From Veleropilina oligotropha (Eukaryota), in assembly GCA_048128005.1 (NCBI GenBank), contig JBEUKZ010000098.1, positions 124,001 through 188,000 of the forward strand: DNA of 64,000 bases, written 5' to 3'. Below, in pieces: positions 40,701-52,700 of the stretch. The notes under the pieces were generated by a model that worked only from the letters and a program-made list of their open reading frames with translations, made no database searches and had not been told where the DNA came from. The translations under genes and the position numbers were made by a program. Within the stretch, counting starts at the first letter, position 1. Each line of letters opens with the position of its first letter.

Positions 40701-43700
40701 ACATTTACCGTGTTAGGAGCATGATGATGTCTTTTATTATATGCCAGTTGTTTTCTGACGCCTATTCTCGCGCAGTTTTCCGAGACCCTGTATCATGGAC
40801 ACAGCTGATATCGATTCAGAAAACGTCTCCTGCTTATATATTCACAGGAAAACGTCTCCTGCTTATATATTCAAAATGGCTGACAAATCGTAGGAACTAC
40901 TTCCATTATATAGTCCTATACTATTTCAACCTCCCTTACAGATTCGTGACTAAAATTACCATAATCTTTCGATTCAATTTAATAAGAAACTTGTGGCATA
41001 TAATGAAAATGTTATCAATTATTGTGTGGATTCTGGCACATCGGAAACCTCTCGTGACGTCGTAGTTTTTGCGGCGGATTTATCCACTGCAAAAACTACG
41101 ACGTCACTCGATGTTTCCGATGTGCAAGAATCCACACAATATTGCTAACATCATTATATTCAAGTGTGACTGTCATAGCATATTCAATATAATTGAAATA
41201 AAATAACATGTGGCACGATGGCATCAAGCTATGTGCAATGAAACTGGCAATAATTTAAATATAACAAGACCACTCGAAGTTTATTGAATCATATATATCC
41301 AACCTCATTGAAATAAGATGACTGCCCTCAAAATTTGACATAAATTAAATGTCGGAAACGTGAAATTATACTAAAAGCCGAAAATGTTTAACAACAAGTA
41401 TGTGTAAACTTTGCGTGACTGCCAACTGAATACAAGAGCAAGGTGCCCTGATAAGCTGACGTGTTAATCGCTTACATCATCTTGTTAACTGGTTACATCA
41501 TTTATACAAGTTCATAATATAATGCAGACCAGAGATATGCAAATTATGCATAGCAGTTCTATCCTTTAACCCTTCCAATGCAGGATATTTTTTTACTCAG
41601 CATGAAATTTTTAAAAACAGCATTTTTATGTCTTGATCTTTTTGTAAAAAAGGACAAGACATTATCAAATGGTCCGTGTGTATATACATATATGCTTATA
41701 TATATATATATATCCGTCGATTTATTTGAAACCTACCCGCTCAATTTTCACCATAATTGGTACACACATGCCCAACAGTATTTGTAGGTCGTGTATATAA
41801 CTTTTGCGACACAATTTTGCAAAAATATGCATTTATTGAGCACTTTTATGCATATTTATATATAACGGATGTCTAATATTGCAAGCAAATAGCAATGACA
41901 TCATTACGATGTCGCTTTAGATTAATCGTCATTTGGTGACGTCACAATCGACGGGGTAGTAAATTAAGCCATGAAGTACTTGCACTTAGCCATTGTATTA
42001 ACTGTTATGAAAATTTGAGGGAAATAAAGAAAGGTCAAGACATATTTCGAACGCGTCGTTCTTGTTTTAATATAACATTATACAGGAGTCGCACACGAAG
42101 GGTTAAATTCCATTTGAATAAAATTTTGGAATACTTTGAAAATATGCCATTCCATTGAACTGATCGTGCAGACTTCACAGGAGTCAGTTTGAATCCGTGG
42201 CTCAGAGACTATCTGCTTTTCGGATGTGAGAGGTCTTTCCTCTGGGGATATTATGGAAAGGTTTTCGTATGACCCTGAAGGGTGATAGAACTTTATGCAC
42301 CAATCTTCTCCATCAAGATTTGTAAAAATACTGTAACATTACTTGACATTGCATTTGCCTCACCAGTTTTTTTTATTTCTTCGGTACAGATCGTATCCAG
42401 GTAGTTGACAACAGCACCGTGATTCAGGTAGAATTTGACTAGAGTCGCCCCGATGGACGCAAGGTCAAGGGTATGAACCTCCCTCAGCATGCTCAGTATA
42501 TTCACCTGACATCTCTACAGAATAGAATAGGAGTATAACCATTACCACTGACTTTAGGTAAACGCTACGTTTCATGAACGTTAATTTTTATTAAATTTCC
42601 ATAACAGGGAAACTCATAATATAACATCACAAATGAACTTAATTTCATATAATGTGAATCAATTTAGTTTTACGACGCCATTTTGATAATTTCTTACTCG
42701 TGTATGTAGTTGAAACCTCGGCTTAAAGTCTCCCTCCGAGAGAGGGGTAATGGATATTACGTCATCCCTTTTATTAGATTTAAGCGTTACAATAAGGCAC
42801 GCCGTACCTGGTTTGCCTGCACCGATTCTAGCAGCAGATCGGCGAGGGTCTGATAATGCACAGAGGGCAACACCCGCTCCTCCATCAGGCGGGCTTTGAT
42901 GAACAAGCTTCCGCGATTCCGACTACAATTGGAGAAAAATGCATTAAAGTAGCATTGTGGTGACAAAACTTTATATGACAAAAAGATTTTATAAGTAAAA
43001 TTCCCATTGTCGACTCGAGGGGGGTGATCGAATCGCCTACCACAGCAGACATCTTGAATGCAAAATGACCAAAATCATTGGAGGCCGTGATCTCATCATA
43101 ACAAAAGTGCAAGATCTCATCATAACAAAAGTGCAATCAAATTTTAAGCAAATTGATATTATAACTGTCCACTGAAGAGTACACACAAGGTATTTTGCCA
43201 GGAATGACAAAACAGAGAAGAAAGTATAGTGTCCTTGACTATTGTCAGTGGATACTTTCTTCTCGCGGACAATGTTCAGATGTATACCTTAAGCTCCTCA
43301 GCATGATGTTGGCTTTGGTCCCGAGACGGTGCCACATCAGTTCCATCTGGCCTTGAGGAATGTCGCCCAGTCTCAAGAGGACCTGTAACGAGTAGCAGAA
43401 TTATTATCGTCTGCTTAACAATGTTATACAACAAACAGAAAGATGTTACCAAGAAATGTGAAGTCAACAAGAAGCCACTGACTATATATTACTAATCTAA
43501 AACAAGAGTCTTCAGAAGCTGACATATCCCCCCGGTGCAACGTTAAGTTTAACAATAGATCCCGGTTTTTAGTTGAAGCAACAGAAGACAGAGCAATCAC
43601 TATCCCCGCAATGGTACAAGGAACATAGCCCAATACACCCAGCAAGCTTCGGAAAAGATAACATTCAAGAATTTACAGCAAGGGCAATAACTCTGTTAAT

Positions 43701-46700
43701 AATCGTCGCACAACGTCTAGACTGGCAAAAGGCACCAGTTCACCTACTATTAGTAAGTAATAAACCCAGCAAGTTTTGTAAAGTTATGTTGAACGATGTA
43801 CGAGGTACTCTGGAAACACTATCGATTACAGACGGACAGACGGCGCATGCAATCTTTAGGGACATCAGCAAGTCGTACAAGTGTTTCCATTCACCTTAAT
43901 GGTAAATTATACCTTTTATACTAATTGGACAAGTAAATTTTTATTCGGCCTGGGGTGAATACATATATATATAGACTGTGGCTAAAGAAATTCAATGCCA
44001 ATTAGCCACAGTGGCTACATGGGAAAAATTCCCATCGCTAGCCCAGACATCCAGCATGTTTCGTAAAGTTATGTGGAGCGGTGTGCAAGATACGCTCTGG
44101 AAGGGAAAACATTCACGAATTCACAGCAACGGAAAATTGCCGCACAACGTCGACACTGGCAAAAGGCATCAGTTCACCTACTATGTAATACACCCAAAAT
44201 CATTTTATGCATATGTAAGGTCAAAACAAAAAACAAAAGATGTCGTAGGTCCATTGAAAGATGAAAAGGGTAATATAATGACTGATGATGCGGAAATATC
44301 AGAATCTTTGAATAACTACTTTGCATCCGTGTATACATTGGAGGATACCGCGAATATGCCCCCAATAAAAGATATTTTTAAAGACATTGGTAACTTTTGT
44401 GAATCGGTTGAAATTACTCCTGCACTGATTGAAAAAAAGATAGACCTCTTAAAGATAAACAAAGCCCCTGGCCCTGATAGTATATATTCCAAGTTTTTAA
44501 AAGTCGGAAAGCATGAATTGTTGAAGCCAATAGCAAATATATTCAGCAAATCACTTAGCGAAGGAAGACTGCCAGATGATTGGAAAATTGGTAATATAAC
44601 TCCTATATTTAAAAAGGGAAGTCGCTCTAGTGCACAAAATTATCGACCTGTTAGTCTAACATCAATAGTAGGCAAAATGATGGAATCTATTTTAAAGGAT
44701 GTTATATTAGACCATTTGAACAAATATAGCTTGTTAAACACCAGTCAGCATGGATTTATGGAGAAACGATCATGTTTAACAAATCTTCTTGAATTCTTAG
44801 AGGATGTTACAAATGCAATAGATCATGGCAAGCCGGTAGATATTATATATCTTGATTTTCAAAAAGCATTTGATAAGGTTCCACATAAACGACTAATACA
44901 AAAATTGAGTAATCATGGTATTAAAGGACCAATATTAACGTGGATAGAAATGTGGTTACAGAATAGAAAACAGAGAGTTGTTGTAAATGGGGTTAAGTCA
45001 AAATGGGAGAGTGTATTAAGTGGAGTCCCTCAAGGCTCGGTCTTGGGTCCATTGCTATTTCTAATCTACTTGAATGACATTGATGGCGCTATTACATCTC
45101 TAGTGAGAAAGTTTGCTGACGACACTAAACTTTACAGAATAATAGAAACTGAACAAGATGCAAGGAAACTTCAGACCGATCTAAATAATCTGGTTAAGTG
45201 GTCCGATGACTGGCAAATGCTTTTCAATACAACCAAATGTAAGGTAATGCATGTGGGTCACAAAAACAAAAAATATTGTTATAAAATGGGAGGAGATGAC
45301 CTAGAAGTAGTGACAAAAGAGAAAGATTTGGGTGTATGGATTGATAATTCACTGAAACCATCAAATCAATGTATCGAAGCAGCTAAAAAGGGAAACCAAA
45401 TATTAGGAATGATAAAGCGTAATTTTACTTTTAAGTCAAAAGGCATCATAACACGTTTATACAAGCAACTGGTTAGACCACATTTAGAATATGCGGTGCA
45501 AGCATGGAATCCATACCTCTCAAAGGATATCCAACTATTGGAACAAGTACAAAGGAGAGCCACAAAATTGGTAGGCGAAATCAGAGAGTTGACATATGAG
45601 GATAGGCTCAGAAGCCTTGATCTTACAACATTAACGTTGCGTAGGATAAGAGGTGACATGATTCAAGTATTTAAAATGTTTACAGGAAAAGACAATCTTG
45701 ATATTAGTTATTTTTTCCAGTTGAACCATAATAAAACAAGGGGGCATAAGTTCAAGATTTACAAAAAGAGGGTCAGGCTAGATGTTAGAAAATACTTTTT
45801 CTCAAACCGAGTTGTAGATGAGTGGAATGCCCTTCCTGTCAAGGTGGTGGAGTCCACATCAGTAAATCAATTTAAAAATCGTTTGGATGAGCACTTTGAG
45901 AGACAGGGAAGGCTATAGATGACCGAGCTACCAAAATGGGTTTTTATATGAGTTGCAGAAATGCACTTTCTAAACCCAAACAAATTCTATTTAAGTCTAT
46001 TTAAGCATGTTTCGTAAAGTTATGTCGAGTGGTGTACAAGATACGCCCCGGAAAAGATAACATTCACAAATTTATAGCAAGGGCAATAACTGTGTTACTA
46101 ATCGTCGCACAACGTCGAGACTGGCAAAAGGCACCAGTTCACCTACTACGCAATACACCCAGTAAGTTCGTAAAGTTATGTCGAACGGTGTACGAGATAT
46201 GCTCAAGAAACGATATTGATTACATACAGACAGACGGACAGATGGATGGACGGACGGACAGACTGAGCGATCTAGCATAATACACCCAGCAAGTTTCATA
46301 AAGTAGTGTCGAGCGATGTATGAGATACGCTCCGGAAAAAATAACATGAACAAATTTACAGCAAGGGCAATAACTCTGTTCATAATCGTCACACAATGTC
46401 GAGACTAGCAAAAGGCACCAGTTCACCTACTACGTAATACACCCAGCAAGTTTCGTAAAGTTATGTTGAACGGTGTATGAGATATGCGGAAATGATATCG
46501 ATTACGTACAGACAGACGGTCGGACGGACGGATGGACAGACTGGGCGATTGCAAGATCCCCCCGGTTATCATCGGGGGGATAGAAATAGGTAACTGCAAA
46601 AATACACTTGAGAGCTATAATAGCCTTATATAAAGCTAAACGGACAGGTAAAATCAGTGATCAGTTTATCATGTTTATGGTCTACAGCTCAAATAGAGAA

Positions 46701-49700
46701 TCCAGGATTCAAAACTGCATGGTGTTCTTCTGCAAGCAAGGCGGTCACTGATATTATGAAACCTTAATATGTAACATTAAAAAAAGTATACGAAACTCAG
46801 GGGTTTATGATTTGAACAAGTTTTCTTGCTTCATTATCTATGCAAATCAGCCATTCTCCCATTAATCGTACCTGTCCCATAAAATCATCTTCTCGCAGTC
46901 TGTCCCAATCCCACACTGATACAGTTATAATCGTATCTTCTGAACACGTTGGCGGCAACGTAAATTCAAATTTTTCATCCCAGGAAGGAAATCTCGTTTT
47001 TCTCTGTGTCTGAAAAACAAACAATGTTAAGTTACTGTATACTATTTGCATCCTTAAGCAAGGATCATAAGAAAATATAATATCATGATAATACAATTAA
47101 ATTAACAAGGCAACATTAATAGGGCTCAGCAAATACAATTCTAATTCTAAGTATGAATACCATCCTTGACAGTTGAACTGATAGAGCAGGAGCTGGTTCG
47201 AATCTTCCGCAAGGCATTCACTGTTCAGTTAAGTCACAGACGAGAGGGCATTCAGTTTCTCCCGCGATATTATGACCATGTCCTGGTATAAATCTGAAAT
47301 TTGATGAAAAACTAAAAGACCTTTACCGGTACTAACCTAACCAAGACCAGTGCAGGGGTAGTCAGGGTCCGACATTAACGGCGGCCCGACAGCCCGTGTC
47401 CAGTAAAAAATTGTCGGGCAGGTATTTTCACACTTCCTGGCCCGAATGGCCAGTAAAAATTTGACATTTGAAAGTCAGCTTTAAAAGAAAACCAATGGTT
47501 ATTTATCTCTTATTACATGTAAATTTTGCATAAAAGTGTCTAAATATTAATAAAAAGTTGTATAATACCTTTTAATCAGTTCAGTATATTGACTTTGTGT
47601 CTGTAAATCTCAAGAAAACATCGATGTCGCATGTGCGCTTGCCATGTTTTTTTCCTTTGTGCCTACCTTTATTTCTGGGAGCACCAGTTTTACAGTGTTG
47701 CATGTATTACAAATGCAAATACTTTTCATCTAGTACAACTAATAATCAGATGAAACTGATGAATATGGATAAAACAAAATAAATATAGGCAGATAATGTT
47801 AGATGGTTAATGACTTGAATTTTTAAAGTAGTTTTAATTAAAGATTTCCTAAAAAAATGATACACTAGCTCCTCAGAAAAAAATTATCCCATATAATAAT
47901 AGGCCTAAAGCTATTATGTACTGTGTATGTACTAAAATATTTCAATGATGAAAACTTCATCAAATTATTATTATTAGGCTAGTAATAATGAATAGGTTGT
48001 TTGTGTTAACAAGAAGACAAAGCCATCAATATCCCCTGCAATGGTACATTCACAATAATTACTATACGCTGTATGTTCTTGAAACAATATCGTTGATTTA
48101 AATAATAACAAGGGCAATAACTCTGTCATTAATCATGACGCCACGTTAAAATTATGAAAAGGCACCAGTTATAAGCAACTACTAAATACACCCACCAAGT
48201 TTCATAATGATAAGTCAAGCACTGTATGAGATATATTCGGGATGAACAAAAATAAAGCAAGGGCAATAACAAGAAGGTTTTTAAGTAAACCTAGTATTAG
48301 TTAGAATATACTCAATACGTCATTACCAATGCCATAATAGCCATATTATCGCTAGACCGGAAACTGTGAAACACGCTTTCACTTTCTCTTAAATCTTACA
48401 CACGCTTACCTCCCCTGCTCACCCTCTATGTTCCTCTCCCGAGATCTGCCCAAGTCTCGCGAGACCTCAGAGACTACGACAGAGCGAATCAATTTTAAGT
48501 CAGAGGAATCTACAGTGCGTAGAGGAACTTAGCAAGAGGGGTTGGAAGGGAATGTAATGAGCAGGATGGGTAGACGTGTAATGACGTAAGTATATTCTAA
48601 CTAATACTAGGTTTACTTAAAAACCTTCTTATTAGTAGCAATATATTCTACGTCATTACCAATGCCAGAATCAACTTGGACGGTGGGCTAAGTTCTAAAG
48701 AAATTAATACCCAAACAAGTTACTTACTTGTCACCATGGAGTCAGCTTGTAGTGCCGAATCGCGTCCGCTCAGGATGGAATTACTGAGTATTATAATTCT
48801 ACCCTTACCTCCGACTGAATTTTGACCAGTGAACATGGGAAAAAACGCCAGAAGTGTTAGTCGGACAAGTTGACGCGAAAGTGCAATCAGCCCCAGGCAA
48901 GGCCGGAGGATAAATCCTGTAGGACTAATAGATGACATGGACCGAAGCAGCTTTCAGTAAACCCTGGGCGTCTAGGCCGGTAACCAAAAGATGCAGTCAA
49001 CTTGCGACAAACATACAGCACCTAAAAAGGTTGTGAATGTTACTAGTTATGCAATTATTAATAGATATAAGTAATATATACACGTATATATTATATTCCA
49101 TATTAATAACAAATTCGCTTGACCAAATAGCGAAAAGCAAACATGTCCCCATATGTTACTTAAAGAAAATTTAAAGATTGAATGATATTAAATTTTGTCA
49201 ATGTCGCAACACCGTAAGCTCATAACAGCAAATGAACTTCAATAATATCAAAATCTAAAAAACATTTTAAGATTTAGCATTATAAATATTTAAATTCAAT
49301 GCGAGTTGGCATGTGTCATGTGAACTCAGATATGACAATTTATTCTCAGTCCATAAATAGAATTTTTGGAACTGCAGACAACACACTGAAATCAACACTA
49401 ATTGCCAGCAAAGCTTCATAATAGAGTTGCACATAATGCAGAGTGAACCGTATAATTACCAATTAAAGATGTACAATACCTTCACTGTCAATTTGACCTA
49501 GTTGTCCTGTAACGCAGTGGTGCATTGCAGCACATTGGGTAATGGACAACCTGTCCGCTCCAGTCAAGAAATCGGGTTTCTCCAGACTGGTCGATATCGC
49601 TCTATTTCATGGGCACGAACAGCAATCAGGTTGCGGTCAGCTTCGTGGATAGGGAGTATACCCCCTGGACCGTGTGACAAATACTTCTCGAGATCGTATT

Positions 49701-52700
49701 CTTAGATACATCGCGGGTGAAATTTGGCAAAAAAGAATAAACAAGCGTTTTTTGCCTTGTCGTAATCACGTGTACGGTCCAGGTAATATCGAAGCGTACG
49801 TACCGGGCAGATAGGACGGTCGATATCGTTTCTACCGACGAGGGATAGCTGTGGTAAACGACCTCCGGAGCAATATCGTACGGCCGCTGGTTCTTTGCAA
49901 GAAATCCCAATGCTGGCCGTAAAATGACCGATCTTTGAACTGGAATCTAATGTCCCGGAGCTCTGCGGAGAAGTGTATCTCTTGAGGCCATTTGCCCGAC
50001 GCAAACACAATGAAGTACACAGTTTGTAGGTAAGGTTACGTAAGGAAACATTAATACATAACGGCTCGAACGGGCCTTCTAGCAGAGCGTTAAGGATAAG
50101 GACGATATTCCAAGCAGGCCGCGGCATGCTAATCGGTCTTTCGAGTTCGTAAGACTTTATAAAGTCAGAAATAGTACGGCCGACGAAAAGCCAATTCGGG
50201 AGCGACATTGCTTTGCGCGTAGTCGAGAACGCGGCCCGATAACCTTCGACAGCCAAGACAGACAGTCTCGTTCGAATAACGACGTAATAAACTCGATAAA
50301 CTTGCTCACAGGGGAACGGTGAATAATATTGACTTCCCGCCTGTGATAGCAACCCACAAATTTTAACCATTGGTAGTCGTAGACTTTAGATGTAGATTGT
50401 CTTCGCGATCGGTTAATGCGGCGCGAGAAATCCTTTCTCAACAAGCGATCGTTCGATAAACTCGATAAATTGCCAAGTTGGACGACGGGTGTAACACCCT
50501 TGAGCGCGGTTGCATTGACAGGTCCGGTCTCTGCGGTCGCGCTAGCGGTAGATAAACGATTAAATCGAGAAGAGTCGGAAACCAAGGCTGCGTGCGATTA
50601 GAGGCGCTATAGCGTTATCTCGCAGCGATCTCGCGATGCCTTCTGTAGAACAAGCCGTACGTAGTATGTACGGCGGAGGGAAGGCGTAAGCGATCAGATT
50701 CTCCCATGTCATTGACAGTGCGTCGACCGCTAGGGCGGCCGGGTCCGGGGAGACATACAGAGGGAGTAGGTGAATGAATTCTTGGGGTTGTAACCAACGG
50801 CGACAAACTTCCCGAGCTACCTAGTCTGTAGCGTCCACTCTGTGTGTACAATCTGCGATTTCCGAGAGAGCGAGTCCGCTAGGACGTTCAATTTTCCCGG
50901 GATGTGTCGTGCTCGTATCGTCGAGTTGAGGGACATCACTAGGCGGTGTAGGTCGATAGCCCGGTCGCACAGGGGACGCGAGCGAGTGCCGCCCTGGTGT
51001 TGAACGTATGCAACGACAGTAGTGTTGTCCGTGGCGAGCATTATATGCTTGTAGCGGAGATGTGACGAGAGGGACCGTATGTCAGGTAGACAGATTTAAC
51101 TCTAGGTAGTACATGTGTCGTCCCTGCAGGTCCGTCGGCCATAGGCCTGATGTCTCGTAACTGTCGAGGTGACCATCCCAGCCCACGTTCGAAGCGTCCG
51201 TGTATAGGAAGGCATTCGGCTCTGGCGGGGATATGAGAACCGACTGGCTCGGCAAAGCAGGGTTCAGCCACCCTGCTGTCGAGTGATTGAACCCATGCCG
51301 AAGATCGATACGATCCGTCCACTGTCCCGTCCGTTGCACCCAGAGGTCTCTAAAGGCCTGTTGTAATGGTTGTTTGTCCATCCCGTCGGTATAAGGGGCG
51401 CTACCGACTCGATGTGCCCTAAGACAGTGGCCAGTTGTCGCGCCGTGGCTATCCCCGATGACCTCGTGTCCTGGATAACTGCGCGTAGGTTCTCGATACG
51501 TTTTCCGGTCGGCTTCGCGGTGTACCGGACCGTGTCGAAGACGACTCCGAGAAACGTAAACGTCGTCGAGGGCACGAAGCAGGATTTATTCTCGTAATCT
51601 GAAATCCTAGGCGCTTCGCCGATGACAGGGTAAAGCTCGTAGACTGGAGGCACAGATCCCGGGACGCCCCGAGGATCAGCCAGTCGTCGAGGTACATATA
51701 TGAACCCTGTGCCCTAGAGAATGTAGGAAGGTCCCCAGGGCCTGTACTGTTTTCGTGAAGACGTAGGGGGCTGACCATAGACCGAACGGTAGACACCTGA
51801 ATTGGTAGATCGTCTCCCCGTGTATAAACCTGAGGTACTGGTGAGCCGAGACATGCATCGGAACGTGTAAGTACGCATCTGTCAGGTCGATAGACGCTGC
51901 CCAGTCGCCCGGACGGATGGCCGCTCGTAACTTCGAGAGTGTTTCTTTCCGGAACTTCTCGGTACGCAAATAGCGGTTGAGGTGCGAGAGATCGAGGATC
52001 GGTCTCCAGCGGCCATCGGGGTTCGGGACCAGGAAGAAATAGCTGTAGAATCCTGGTGTGCTGGGCGGCGCGGGGTAGATGGCTCCTATCAGGAGTAAGT
52101 CCCGCACTGCCTGGTCTAAGACCGCTGGCTTCTCTCCGTGAAGGAGGCGAGCGCGTCTTGGTAGTGGTGTCACGGTTAGGGTTGGATGCCGGTTGTATGC
52201 CAACTATCCAGCACTCACGACTGAGTGGACCCAGCTGCTGTCTGTCAGCTCCAGTCACGTCTGGCTGTAGGCTAACAGACACGCTCCCACCAGCGGAAGC
52301 GCGCAGCTGTGCATGTCGCGAGTGTCGGCAACCCTAGGGCAGTGACGGTTTTCCCCTCCCGCTCTGACGGGATCTGGTTGGAGGGCCTTTCTTCTCGTTG
52401 GATTTCCGGGCCTGAGGCCCACCCCGAGAAGGTTTGGCACATATGGAAGGATTCGGGCCCCGGGACGGGGCCGAGGGCTTCCTTGAGGGGGCAGGTGGAG
52501 GACCCCGAGGGGTGGTCAACACTGCTCGCTCACTCGCGCAATCCTTCAGCTCGGTGGCTCTCTTGTCGACAAATTCAGCGAACTCGCCTCCGAAGAGACT
52601 CAGTCGGGGCCGACAAGGGCGCACATCGCAGAGAACGCCGGGTGGCGTCGTCTAACGATGTGCCCTCGAGGCCGGCGCCCCTACGAAGTAGGAGCGCGTT

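Noticed and set aside
43978..44192. N-terminal part of the 646-aa ORF as genuine LINE sequence
   Set aside because: It is host repeat sequence (GTG start) that happens to be in frame; RT homology begins at about 44193.
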